Origin: a virus
Length of the DNA stretch: 64,000 nucleotides
IMG/VR virus record: IMGVR_UViG_3300048672_000152
Coordinates: 29,453-93,452 of that record
Reading direction: 5' to 3' (one strand)
This document shows, piece by piece, positions 17,756 through 27,774 of the stretch. The translations under genes and the position numbers were made by a program. The notes below the pieces were generated by a model. It searched no databases and had not been told where the DNA came from. It saw only the letters and a list, made by a program, of their open reading frames with translations. Numbering within the stretch: position 1 is the stretch's first letter; every line of letters begins with the position of its first letter.

Positions 17756-18181
17756 ATGAATTTAGTAAACTTAACATACGGTGGAAGCCGTAGTTATTTC
17801 AAAGGTATTATCGAACAAGGTAGTAATTTGGCAACAGTAGAAGCTGGTTGGTCATCTTATTGTCGATTACTTGTCACTACACGCTTAAATATGAAGCTAA
17901 TGATTGGTGGTGTTGAAGAAGATGTTATTGATGGTAGAACACTACTTGATTTAACATTCAATGCCGCTAAAGCTGGTAAATTCACCCTAGATGAAGCTGA
18001 AGCAATTGCTAGTCAATTAGATAAGATTAGTTTACGTTACACATCTGTACGCACTCCATTCTTTGCAATTGCTTATGAAAAAGATTTGACATCTAAAGAA
18101 GAAGCTAGTAATATTGATTCTGTTGCTGAGGATGTTGTTACAGAAGCTCCGAAGCAACGTGGTCGTAAAGCTGCTAAGTAA
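17756..18181 (+). CDS. hypothetical protein
   Basis: AAGGA SD; basic C-terminal tail. Confidence 0.75.
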   Translation: MNLVNLTYGGSRSYFKGIIEQGSNLATVEAGWSSYCRLLVTTRLNMKLMIGGVEEDVIDGRTLLDLTFNAAKAGKFTLDEAEAIASQLDKISLRYTSVRTPFFAIAYEKDLTSKEEASNIDSVAEDVVTEAPKQRGRKAAK

Positions 18182-18692
18182 AGAATTTCCCCTTCACACA
18201 TAGGATGTGGTTGAGGAATAGTCCTCGAATAAGTTCCCTAGGACTTTAAATACATGATGGAATCCGTGCAAGCGCCATAACACATGGACAACTATAAGAG
18301 TGAATAATGTGTTGGTCTGGAAGCGGCAGACTCCCTAATTTAGCATTCGCTAGACTCCCCTAGGAGTGAATATCGGTGTTAACAAAACAACTAGCCGTCC
18401 CTTAGCCCACTGAATATTAGGTTCAGGTATCCCTAAGGTTGTTGTCCCCACCTGTGATAAGGTGAATGCTGGTGCATTTAATGGGTTTAATTCAGGTTTT
18501 TAATTTTAAGAAAGCTCAACCTCTGATGTTACCATCATGTTGAGTTTCGTTTTACCGCTGATTGGCGTCTGCGGAGACTTAGGTCTGAAGAAATTAATAG
18601 TCGCAAAGATTCCATTAACAGTTATCTTTGCTTAAGAGTAAGCGATTAACTCTGCGCCAATAGGTGAGGGTAACTGATTAATAGGATTTTAA
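18182..18692 (+). ncRNA. ~500-nt non-coding, multi-domain structured region
   Basis: no ORF; long-range stems TAGCATTCGC/GTGAATGCTG, GAAAGCTCAAC/GTTGAGTTTC, ATTGGCG/CGCCAAT and many hairpins. Confidence 0.5.
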
Positions 18693-19409
18693 ATGAACAA
18701 TATTGAGTGGCGAGTTATCCCAGATTTCCCTATGTATAAAATCTCTGAATATGGAGATATTTATAGCTATTACAAATCTGGAAAAATGCTGAAACCTAAA
18801 TTAGATAAAGATGGGTATCTGGCTGTAAATCTTACTGAGAATAAAGTTAGACACGACCTACGAGTACATCGTTTAGTCGCTTCAGCCTTTCTAGATAACC
18901 AAAATAATCTACCAATTATAAATCATAAAGATTTGAACGTAAGTAACAACCATTACTCTAATTTAGAGTGGTGTACTTACACTCACAATACTGTACATTA
19001 CTATGCTAACGGTATTAATAAAAGAACACTATCTTCTTTAACTAAAGAAGAAATGTTGTCTATTGTATCAGACTACAAAGATGGTGCTTCACATAAAGAT
19101 CTTAAAGAAAAATATAACCTAGAGTGTAGGGCTGACGCAATCAGTGAAATTGTAACTGGACGTAGATTTTCTGAAATTACCGGAATCGTAAAATCAGATA
19201 AATTTGAACAACGCACAACAGCCAAACACGATGATGATTTAATCTTAGAGCTTTTAATTAAAGCTCATTGCAATAATATACCTCAGAAAACTTTATGTGA
19301 AGAATATAAGTTATCTGCTGCACAAATTAGTAGGATAGTTAATGGTAGCAGACGGAGAGAAGTATTCGAGAAGTTTATGAAGGAGATATATGAAAAAACC
19401 AAAAGCTAA
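18693..19409 (+). CDS. free-standing NUMOD4-HNH homing endonuclease (I-HmuI-like)
   Basis: EWRVIPDFPMYKISEYG, VHRLVA.AF, INHKD....NNHYSNLEW, C-terminal HTH-like repeats. Confidence 0.92.
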   Translation: MNNIEWRVIPDFPMYKISEYGDIYSYYKSGKMLKPKLDKDGYLAVNLTENKVRHDLRVHRLVASAFLDNQNNLPIINHKDLNVSNNHYSNLEWCTYTHNTVHYYANGINKRTLSSLTKEEMLSIVSDYKDGASHKDLKEKYNLECRADAISEIVTGRRFSEITGIVKSDKFEQRTTAKHDDDLILELLIKAHCNNIPQKTLCEEYKLSAAQISRIVNGSRRREVFEKFMKEIYEKTKS

Positions 19410-21204
19410 GATAACTAACAAAGCTCCAGACCAAGAACCGATAAGAATCGGCCCTTGTTCAGAGATGCAAGAATTAGTGTTTAAAAGAGCCACTGAGGTA
19501 GATTTCCTACTCATTGGCGGCTCTCGTGGTAAATAGACCGCTGCCACGTAACCTTGCTAAGTCGGTGAAACCCTAACGTAAAGTCGAGGGCAATACCGAG
19601 CCGAATGATTTGATTCATGGGTGTAGAGACTAGAGTAGTATCAAGCGATACGAAAACGTAAGGGTGTCGAGAGACATAAGATATAGTCCGACAACACTGG
19701 AAACAGTGGAAGTAGCTAGCGCCTACAAAACTGAGACTTGGGCGGCAAGTCTGAAGTGATGACACAACTACCTTTAATTTGGCGAGATGATCCAAATTTC
19801 ACGGGTATGTTCACACGTACAATGCTAAAACAATTACTAGGTTCTGGTGGTCTTTGGGAAATAGCGGCTAAGTATTACCCTTTACTTGGCGCTAAATCAG
19901 TTAAGATGCCACAACCAATGTATACCTTCCCTAGCGGTGCTAGACTTCGTTATTCTCAAATCTCTGGTATGAGCGATGCGGAAAGTTTGAGGGGCCTCCA
20001 GCTTTCTTACTTGGCCATAGATGAGCTGACACAGTTAGACCAAAAGAGTGTGCAATTCTTATTAACCTGTCTTCGTTCAGAAGCAAACATGAACTCTATC
20101 TGTGTAGCGTCATGTAACCCTCATAAAGATTCATGGGTGTTTGACCTAGTATCTTGGTACTTAGATGATAAAGGTTTTGTTGATAAAGAGAAGAATGGTA
20201 AGACTCGTTATTACGTAGTCAATGAAGGTCAATTTATCTTTGCAGATGAAGAAGAATGGTTTAAGGAAAACTTACCAGACTGTGTAACAAACAGCCAAAC
20301 AGGCGAGTATATTCCACCTAAGAAATTCTGCTTTGTGCAACTAACCATATTTAATAATCCAATATTATTAAAGAAGAACCCAAGGTACTTGTCCGAATTA
20401 CAGAACTTACCTCCACATGAACGTGATGCCCAATTATACGGCAACTGGTTTGCCACTGCCGAAAAACCAGACTACTTCAACAGAGCTATGGTTCAAGGTA
20501 AGCATGGTGAGCGTATAGCACCTTTCGTACCTATCGGGTCTACGAGGGTACGTGCTTGGGACAAGGCAGCCACACAGTTCATACCTAAGATAAATAACAC
20601 TGATGCTGACTTTAGTGCTTGCATAGCAATGGCTAAAGACAGACTTGGGAATTATTATATCTATGCCGACTTCTGCAAAGATAACTATGACGAATATGAA
20701 AAAGTGTATGGAAAGTTCCGTAAGAACTCTGCTCAACGTGACCAGATAATGATGGAGCAAGCCAAACACGATGGTAAGGAAACTTATCTAGTAATCGCCA
20801 AGGATGCTGCTGCTGATGGGAAGACTGTGTATGAGCAATTATCCCGCATGTTCTTATCTGCTGGTTTTAAAGTTAAACCCAGCAAAAGTAGTGCTTCACA
20901 GAGTAAGTGGACAAGGTTTGAACCTTTCCTTTGTGCTTGCCAAGCTGGATTAGTCCATATAGTCGAAAGCTCCTTCCCTGACAAACGTACTCTTGAACTG
21001 TTCTATGCAGAACTCGAAGCGTTTAATCCAGATCCGACAACTGGTAAATGGCGTTCAGGGCGTTATGTGAAAGATGATTGGCTCGATAGTTGTAGTGATG
21101 CGTTTTTATTTCTATCTATGGAAAAAATATACGCAGTCCCCAAACTAGGCTCATTTTCACCCCCACCTATAAGCGTTAAAGCTATCGCTTTAGCTGATAT
21201 GTAA
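19390..21204 (+). CDS. terL: terminase large subunit, spliced: join(19390..19530,19741..21204), 534 aa
   Basis: AGGAGA SD at 19381; splicing restores Walker A IGGSRG|GGKS; Walker B AIDELT, CNP, nuclease RAWDKA...DDWLDS. Confidence 0.93.
19531..19740 (+). mobile_element. group I intron (210 nt, ORF-less) in terL
   Basis: 5' exon ends in U paired to G in P1 (CGTGGT/GCCACG), P10 GCTGCC/GGCGGC, P/Q AAGTCGGTGAAA..AATACCGAG, R GTAGAGACTA, S AAGATATAGTCC, terminal G. Confidence 0.95.
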
Positions 21205-21221
21205 ATTTAATCGGAGAAGAT

Positions 21222-22736
21222 ATGTCCGATAATACGGATCAAATCGAGATCACTAAAGCAGAAGCATCCACATCAGTTGAAGCAAAACGCATTCGTACTG
21301 GTGAAGTTGGCACACCCAACCTTCGTGCTGTAGGCTCTTGGATTCAAAATGAAATGCGTAGGGAACTTCAAGCTCCTTACAATCTTGTAACATACGAAAA
21401 GATGCGACAAGACGCTACAGTAGGTGCTGCATTAGGTACTGCTGAAGCATTCCTTACTAAAGCTCTAGCGAAAGCTAAGTTTACTACTAACTCTAAAAAC
21501 CCACAAGCTAAAGAATTCTGTGAATACCTTAACTGGAATTTAAAGAATCTTAAAGATGTTACATGGTATGAGAGTTGCATTAATGTCCTAAGTTATCTTC
21601 AATATGGTTTCTCATGGCTTGAGAAAGTGTATGAACCAAACTTCAGTAAGAAGTATTCTAAATATCCTTGGAAATTAAAGAAGCTTGCTCCACGTTCTCA
21701 ACACTCTGTTGAGCAATGGAAGTTTGATGATGACAGTAGGACAGTGATTGGCTTACGTCAATATCCAGCACAAACATTGAACATGGGGTATACAAGAACT
21801 ACTCCGGTGTCAATGAATCCTAATGATTACATGAAACGTAATAAGTTTATGTTGTTCTCATGGGACAGTAAGAATAGTTCTCCAATCGGTGTATCTCCAT
21901 TGAATGCTTGTTATAAAGCATGGAAAGAGAAAGTGTTAATAGAGGCTATGGAAGTTACTGGTGTTAGCAAAGGTATTGGCGGCATTCTCACACTTCGTTG
22001 CCCTACAGAACATATTAATAAAGCTGCGGAAGACCCTACATCAAATGAATATTCTTCTTTGATGGCGTTACAGCAACAAGCTGCATTGCTTCATAACGGT
22101 GATCAGACATTCATCATGCTTGGCTCAGACACACAGGGTGAGAACGGTAATGGTAAATATGTCTACGATGTATCTGTAACTGGCATTGAGGGTAATAGTA
22201 ATGCTGTATCAACAGACACTATCATCAACGACCGTAAGAAAGCAATCCTAGATGTATTCGGTGCTGGCTTTATCAACTTAGGTAATGATGCTACAGGTAG
22301 CTATTCTTTAGCAGATGCTAAAACCTCATTACATGCTTTCTTCATGGAAAAACACATGCTGTTTATCCAGTCAGTTATCCAGAATGATTTAGTTAAGCAA
22401 TTAATGGAAATCAATTCTGTCTACTTAGAAGAAGATGATATTCCTACTCTAGTGCTTGCTGCATTAGATGAAGTCAACCCTGACGAATTTGGCAAGTTAG
22501 GTCAGCGGCTTGGGGCAGTGGGCCTAATGCCATTGCAGAAACAGTTCCTAATTGATTTCTGGGGTAAATGTGGATTGAACACTGACTCACTAGAAGACCT
22601 GTCGGAAGATGAGTTGTTGCAAATGCTAACAGCACATACCTCAAGAGCCGGAGACGGTATGAGCGAGGGATTAAACAGTGGCACTGGAAGTTCACTGGGA
22701 AATAATAGTGCAACCAATAGCGACAACGCTGCGTAA
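21222..22736 (+). CDS. portal protein
   Basis: 504 aa after terL; YEKMRQDATV, YGFSWLEK, GSYSLA (DUF935-type). Confidence 0.9.
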   Translation: MSDNTDQIEITKAEASTSVEAKRIRTGEVGTPNLRAVGSWIQNEMRRELQAPYNLVTYEKMRQDATVGAALGTAEAFLTKALAKAKFTTNSKNPQAKEFCEYLNWNLKNLKDVTWYESCINVLSYLQYGFSWLEKVYEPNFSKKYSKYPWKLKKLAPRSQHSVEQWKFDDDSRTVIGLRQYPAQTLNMGYTRTTPVSMNPNDYMKRNKFMLFSWDSKNSSPIGVSPLNACYKAWKEKVLIEAMEVTGVSKGIGGILTLRCPTEHINKAAEDPTSNEYSSLMALQQQAALLHNGDQTFIMLGSDTQGENGNGKYVYDVSVTGIEGNSNAVSTDTIINDRKKAILDVFGAGFINLGNDATGSYSLADAKTSLHAFFMEKHMLFIQSVIQNDLVKQLMEINSVYLEEDDIPTLVLAALDEVNPDEFGKLGQRLGAVGLMPLQKQFLIDFWGKCGLNTDSLEDLSEDELLQMLTAHTSRAGDGMSEGLNSGTGSSLGNNSATNSDNAA

Positions 22737-22748
22737 CAAGGCATAACA

Positions 22749-23228
22749 ATGAATAAAGAACAAATGTTTGAGAAACTACTTGACTTCTTAGATAGTTTAG
22801 TAGGCGATAATTCAAACCCTACCCAAGATACTGCTGAAGTTGTACAAGTAGTCAAATCTGTAGACACTCTAGAACAACGTGCAATGTTCGTTGTGTTAGA
22901 ACCTCAAGATGAAGATGGGCTTACTCGTGACGCTCATGCTGATTGGTATAGTGCTGAGGATGTGGCACAGGCTTGTGCTAGTTTCAACGTAGCTTGCCGT
23001 AAAGCGGGTATTGACCATGCTGGATTACTATCTAACGATGATGTTGTGATTGAACAATCCTATACAGCCCCTTGTGACTTCACTACTGAGTCTGGTGTAT
23101 TCATCAAGAAAGGTACTTGGTTGCAGTGGTGGAAATTTAATAATGAAACTCTTTGGCAAGGTGTATTAGATGGGACATACACAGGTGTCTCTATCGAGTG
23201 TGCTGCTGTAGGGTATGAGGTAGAGTAA
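22749..23228 (+). CDS. prohead protease (XkdF-like)
   Basis: VVLEP, DAHAD, IDH, GTW, G.YTGVSIE motifs. Confidence 0.85.
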   Translation: MNKEQMFEKLLDFLDSLVGDNSNPTQDTAEVVQVVKSVDTLEQRAMFVVLEPQDEDGLTRDAHADWYSAEDVAQACASFNVACRKAGIDHAGLLSNDDVVIEQSYTAPCDFTTESGVFIKKGTWLQWWKFNNETLWQGVLDGTYTGVSIECAAVGYEVE

Positions 23229-24166
23229 TGTCAGAAACAATTAAACAAAAAGCAAAGAGAGTGCTGAAGAAGTTTGACTTCTCTAAAGAAGACCACTGCG
23301 TATCTTTAGTTGGCCCTTCTCTTGGAAATGCCGCAAACGGGTTCCAAACGCTCGTAATCAAAGCAACTGCTCCTGAAGAAACAATCGAAGTTAAGAAAGC
23401 ATTAGAGCAAATTACATTAAAACTTTCAATGGAAGAATTTCTACGTAAGTTTTTTGATATGTGGAGTGACGATGCTGAAGTTCTAACTAAGTTATTAGGT
23501 TTTGAAACAGAACACGAAGCTTACGTTAAAGCAAATAAAGAACGTAAAGATAGTGAAGATAATTACGATTGGGAAGCTGAACATACTAAATGGTTAGAAT
23601 CTCGTTTATCCCAATTCACTATTATGAAATCAATGAATGAGGGGACAGCAACTAACATTGCTAAATCAGCATTCAATGACATTGTTGCATTACAGCAATC
23701 AATTGAACCCGCTCTGATCGAGCATTTTACAACAAAGGAAAAACAAATGGAAGAACTAGAACTTGCTAAATCAGCATTGTCTGCAAAAGAAGCTGAACTA
23801 GCAACTAAGGTTGATCTGGTTAAATCTTTGGAAGCTAAAGTAACAGAGTTGGAATCTCAACTGGCTGTTGTTAAAGCTGCTGAGGAGAAGGCACAGTTTG
23901 ATGAATTCGCTACTCAACTGAAAGGTTTAGTTGCCGATGATAAATTTGAAAGCGTAGCTAAAGCTATGTATGAAATGAGCAAGGTCAATGCTGACGTTGT
24001 TGCTGTACAATTAGACGTACTGAAAGCTGCTAAACAAGCACAAGCTGCTAATGCTTCAGTTGTTGAACAAGAATTGACCGTTGAAAAAGGTCACAATGAA
24101 GTTAAAGATTCAGAAGCCGTAGAGTTAGCTAAGTCTCGCGCTGCAATCTTCAAACACATCAAATAA
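23228..24166 (+). CDS. scaffold protein
   Basis: VSLV...AN N-terminus, long Ala/Glu/Lys coiled-coil, position. Confidence 0.8.
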   Translation: MSETIKQKAKRVLKKFDFSKEDHCVSLVGPSLGNAANGFQTLVIKATAPEETIEVKKALEQITLKLSMEEFLRKFFDMWSDDAEVLTKLLGFETEHEAYVKANKERKDSEDNYDWEAEHTKWLESRLSQFTIMKSMNEGTATNIAKSAFNDIVALQQSIEPALIEHFTTKEKQMEELELAKSALSAKEAELATKVDLVKSLEAKVTELESQLAVVKAAEEKAQFDEFATQLKGLVADDKFESVAKAMYEMSKVNADVVAVQLDVLKAAKQAQAANASVVEQELTVEKGHNEVKDSEAVELAKSRAAIFKHIK

Positions 24167-24181
24167 TAAGGAAAATATATA

Positions 24182-24685
24182 ATGGCTAAAATTGCTACCA
24201 CTCTACCATTTCTGTCATCTGTGTTGATGGCTGATGCTACCTCTTTAGTTCCAGATTTTAACTATGCTGAAGTTGCTTTGAAAGAAGCTGCTGACACCAC
24301 TTTAAAATTAGGTCAAGTAGTTGTTTATAACGGTACTGATGCGTATCGTATTCTGAAAAACACTGACTTCACTTCTGACACAGTGTTAACTGCCCCTGCT
24401 GGTATTCCATCTCTGCCAGATGGCGGTGCTATCGGTATCGTTGTTGGTTTCAACGGTTCTATCGGTGGTGAATACTCTGCTACTGTTGGCACTACTGCTG
24501 TTAAAGCATTCGTTCTGTTCCGTGGCCCAGTTGCTGTTAAAGATACACACGTTGACGGTGGTTTAGTATTCGATGCTGGCGTAGTTGCTGCTCGTAAAGG
24601 TTTAACCAAACGTCTGTTAGAAGGTAAAGGCATTGACATCAAAGCCGTTGCTGCACAGAAAACTTCAAGCTTATACGGTTACTAA
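24182..24685 (+). CDS. head decoration protein
   Basis: LGQVV...RGP motif, directly upstream of MCP. Confidence 0.8.
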   Translation: MAKIATTLPFLSSVLMADATSLVPDFNYAEVALKEAADTTLKLGQVVVYNGTDAYRILKNTDFTSDTVLTAPAGIPSLPDGGAIGIVVGFNGSIGGEYSATVGTTAVKAFVLFRGPVAVKDTHVDGGLVFDAGVVAARKGLTKRLLEGKGIDIKAVAAQKTSSLYGY

Positions 24686-24735
24686 TAGTAGCCGTTTACT
24701 GCATATCTTGACAAGAATAATTAAAGGAAATTTCA

Positions 24736-25815
24736 ATGTCTGTAAAATTTAACGTAGGTCGCGGTCAAACCTTAGAATTGACTAAAGCACTGGTTCGTGA
24801 CTTAGGTAACTTGAACGGTCTGCATGATGTAACTGCTGAAATTGCAGAACGTCCTAATGTACCTGACCTAATTAGCTCGATGGTTAACCCTAGCCAAGTG
24901 TTCTTACAAACTAACGTTTTTGAACATGATTTCACCCACTACAAAAATGCTATGCCTTCTGACAAAGCATACGGTGAACGTGGTGAAGTGATTGATGCTC
25001 GCCCTGTGACTGATACTCACTTCCACAAAGTTCCTTCATTCGGTTTACAAGCACATATCCGTCCAGAAGACGTAATTCGTCGTCGTAAGCCGGGCACTAC
25101 TGATGCACTGTTAGCTGAAGCTGAAGTAGTTGCTGAAGATAAAGCATCTCTGATGCGTGGTTGGGATATGTTACGGGAAGTAGCATTAGCTCACTCAATC
25201 GTCAATGGTACTTCATACGTTCCTAACGCTACTGTACCATCAGTTGACTTCTACCAAGAATACACTGGTACATCTCGTCCTGTAGTTACGTACACTCTGT
25301 CTAACACCACTACTCATCCAAAAGTATATGGTGAAGAAGCTCGTCGTCGTATCTTAGACAACCTGTACGAAGGTCAACGTGTTAGCGGTTTCGTTGTTCT
25401 GTGTGGTAAGAACTTCTGGTCTAGCCTGACTACTCACCCATTGTGGATTCAAGCAATGGTTGATCGCGCTGGTTTAGATGGTCAAGACCCACTGATTAAA
25501 CGCTTTGAGAACTTCAAAGAACAGTACCAAATGGTTCGCTTTGCTGACAACGTAGTGTACGTAGAGTACGCTGGTCAGATTGGCGGTGCTGCATTAATTC
25601 CAGATGACCAAGCATTCATGATCCCATTGGGTGTTGACTTGTTCACTGAAGTATTTGCTCCAGCACAAACTAAGTCATACATCAACACTGTTGCTCAACC
25701 TGAGTATATGTGGGAAGTGAGTGACGAGTTTAAAGGTACTCAGTTGTTCTCTGAATCTAACCGTTTAATGGTTCCATTCAACCCACTGTTGATTCAAAAA
25801 TTAGTTCGTGCCTAA
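24736..25815 (+). CDS. major capsid protein (lambda gpE-like)
   Basis: 359 aa, FAPA....INT, ESN.L...P.L C-terminus. Confidence 0.92.
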   Translation: MSVKFNVGRGQTLELTKALVRDLGNLNGLHDVTAEIAERPNVPDLISSMVNPSQVFLQTNVFEHDFTHYKNAMPSDKAYGERGEVIDARPVTDTHFHKVPSFGLQAHIRPEDVIRRRKPGTTDALLAEAEVVAEDKASLMRGWDMLREVALAHSIVNGTSYVPNATVPSVDFYQEYTGTSRPVVTYTLSNTTTHPKVYGEEARRRILDNLYEGQRVSGFVVLCGKNFWSSLTTHPLWIQAMVDRAGLDGQDPLIKRFENFKEQYQMVRFADNVVYVEYAGQIGGAALIPDDQAFMIPLGVDLFTEVFAPAQTKSYINTVAQPEYMWEVSDEFKGTQLFSESNRLMVPFNPLLIQKLVRA

Positions 25816-25829
25816 TACTAGGTAATATT

Positions 25830-25852
25830 AGGGGAGCTTGTCTCCCCTTTTT
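25830..25852 (+). terminator. intrinsic terminator after MCP
   Basis: AGGGGAG-loop-CTCCCCT plus T-run. Confidence 0.85.
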
Positions 25853-25872
25853 CGATTAGGGGAAAGCTATAA

Positions 25873-26343
25873 ATGATTGACGTTGATTTTCAAAATCCCC
25901 ACGACCAAGTAAGATTGAATATCGGTGATCCTAACACAGAGTTTGTTTCTGACAATTCAATTAACAGTGCTTTAGTTGCTTTTAATGACAATGTTTATAA
26001 TGCCTCTGTAGCGCTCATGGAAGCTATGCTAACAAGGTTTAGTACCTTAGCTGATAGAGAGCGTGAGGGTCAAGTAGAAATCTATTATACCAAGCTCTAC
26101 GAGCGTTATAGTGAACGTCTTAAAGACTTCAAATCTGGTTCTGCTAGTATTACCCCATCTAACAAAGCATTTATGCCTATCATTATTGGTGGTGTATCTC
26201 GTTCACAGAAAGAAGTAATCCGTAACGATTTAGGTTCTTTCAGTATGTACGATTTAGCACACTGGCACAGTGAATCCCTTGGTTACAAATCAGTATACGA
26301 AATTTACATGGAAGATATTGGTGGTTTACCTAATAACGGGTGA
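25873..26343 (+). CDS. head-tail adaptor
   Basis: DQVRLNIGD motif, position. Confidence 0.75.
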   Translation: MIDVDFQNPHDQVRLNIGDPNTEFVSDNSINSALVAFNDNVYNASVALMEAMLTRFSTLADREREGQVEIYYTKLYERYSERLKDFKSGSASITPSNKAFMPIIIGGVSRSQKEVIRNDLGSFSMYDLAHWHSESLGYKSVYEIYMEDIGGLPNNG

Positions 26344-26346
26344 TGT

Positions 26347-26847
26347 ATGACATTTAAAATCTCATCCAAAGTTAGTGTAGACAACAGAGAGTTGAACAAG
26401 TTCTTAAACAGACTTCGAGACTTACATTCACATGAAGTTCAATACGGTTATTTTGAAGGCGATATTCATCAAGATTCAGGAATGGATATTGCTGAGTTAG
26501 CCGAAATGCTCAACTATGGTACTGACAGAATCATTGCTCGTCCATTTATGGATTTAGCGGGTGATATGGTGGAAAGACATTTCCAGATAGCTAGACGTTC
26601 TGGTGCTGAAATATGGCAGTATCTCACTGGTACAGGAACCATACACACCTTACTTAAACAGTTTGGTAGAGTTGGTGAAACCTATGTGCAAGCATCTATT
26701 GATACTGGTGAATGGGCTGACAACGCTGAATGGTGGAAGCAGATTAAGTTTGAGAAGTATGGTACTTCTGCACCTTTAGTTGCATCACAAGAATTGTATG
26801 AAAGTGTTAAATCTAAGGTGGTAAAATCTGATGTCATCCTCCTTTAA
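26347..26847 (+). CDS. neck/tail completion protein
   Basis: GY...A....YGT..I.ARPF...PL motif. Confidence 0.75.
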   Translation: MTFKISSKVSVDNRELNKFLNRLRDLHSHEVQYGYFEGDIHQDSGMDIAELAEMLNYGTDRIIARPFMDLAGDMVERHFQIARRSGAEIWQYLTGTGTIHTLLKQFGRVGETYVQASIDTGEWADNAEWWKQIKFEKYGTSAPLVASQELYESVKSKVVKSDVILL

Positions 26848-27202
26848 ACGTAGAGGTGGTATACCTCGTAAAACATTACCAGCAAGACGTAATGTCGAAG
26901 TTAGAAATGAGTTCAACGAAGTAACTGGTATATCAGAAACAAACTTCCAAGCTCTCTATTGCACTGTACAACCGTATGAGGGCGATATGTTCACTCCTGA
27001 CGTACTGGGATATACAGACAAAGATGTGTTTACTGTATTCACCGAGACTGAATTAAAAGTTGGTCAAGAAGGTACAAACCGTAAACCAGATGAAGTAATG
27101 ATTGATGGTAAGTGGTTTAAAGTTGTCAAAGTAAAACGCTGGCAAACACTATTAAAACATTATGAAGTAGTGGTTATAGAAAAAGATGAGGGTTTAATAT
27201 GA
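26831..27202 (+). CDS. head closure protein
   Basis: VQP...PD....G.W pattern, position. Confidence 0.7.
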   Translation: MSSSFKRRGGIPRKTLPARRNVEVRNEFNEVTGISETNFQALYCTVQPYEGDMFTPDVLGYTDKDVFTVFTETELKVGQEGTNRKPDEVMIDGKWFKVVKVKRWQTLLKHYEVVVIEKDEGLI

Positions 27203-27762
27203 CAGTAGTTGTATATAATCATCAAGAAATCTATGACCAATTAAAATCACGAATCAAAGCATTATGTGATAAAACATTAGTTCCTAATTTACAGTATACA
27301 ATACGTGGTGCAAGTAATCAGAAACTAAACGAACCTTATATTCAATTGTGGATTAAAGATTGGAATAAGATTGGTAAATACGACAAGGTAGATACCAACA
27401 CTTACGCAGTGAAGTATGAAGTCATTGTAGATATATCAATACATCGTCCACCAACAGCAACATCTACTGTAGGTACGACCTCAGTTGCTTTAAACAGAAT
27501 TATTAATGCTTTTGAGGCTTCAGCAGGAACATACTTTGGTTCATTTGCTGACAACAATATTTCATACCTCAGAAGTAGTAGTGTAACGCAAAGACATTTC
27601 CCTATAGATAGGACTCAATTAGAAGAACGCAGTTCTGTCAGTTGTATCTTTGAAGTAGTGGTAGTAGAAACAGACAGTACAGATGTAGGTTATATTGAAA
27701 CAATAGAACTATCACTATCTGCAAATAATATCCAATCCTCAGAAACAATAACTTACCCATAA
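27199..27762 (+). CDS. tail terminator / neck protein
   Basis: position before sheath; GYIETI C-terminus. Confidence 0.65.
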   Translation: MTVVVYNHQEIYDQLKSRIKALCDKTLVPNLQYTIRGASNQKLNEPYIQLWIKDWNKIGKYDKVDTNTYAVKYEVIVDISIHRPPTATSTVGTTSVALNRIINAFEASAGTYFGSFADNNISYLRSSSVTQRHFPIDRTQLEERSSVSCIFEVVVVETDSTDVGYIETIELSLSANNIQSSETITYP

Positions 27763-27774
27763 CAGGAGTTAACA

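Noticed and set aside
18190-18370. CsrB/RsmZ-like sponge sRNA
   Set aside because: Several GGA motifs lie in stems and only two fit ANGGA; kept only as part of the generic ncRNA finding
18583-18660. Hammerhead ribozyme (CTGAAGA present)
   Set aside because: No GAAA after the putative stem II and no stem III/UH site
19738-21204. terL starting at TTG 19738 as in the ORF track
   Set aside because: The TTG is the intron 3' end; the Walker A N-half lies in exon 19390-19530
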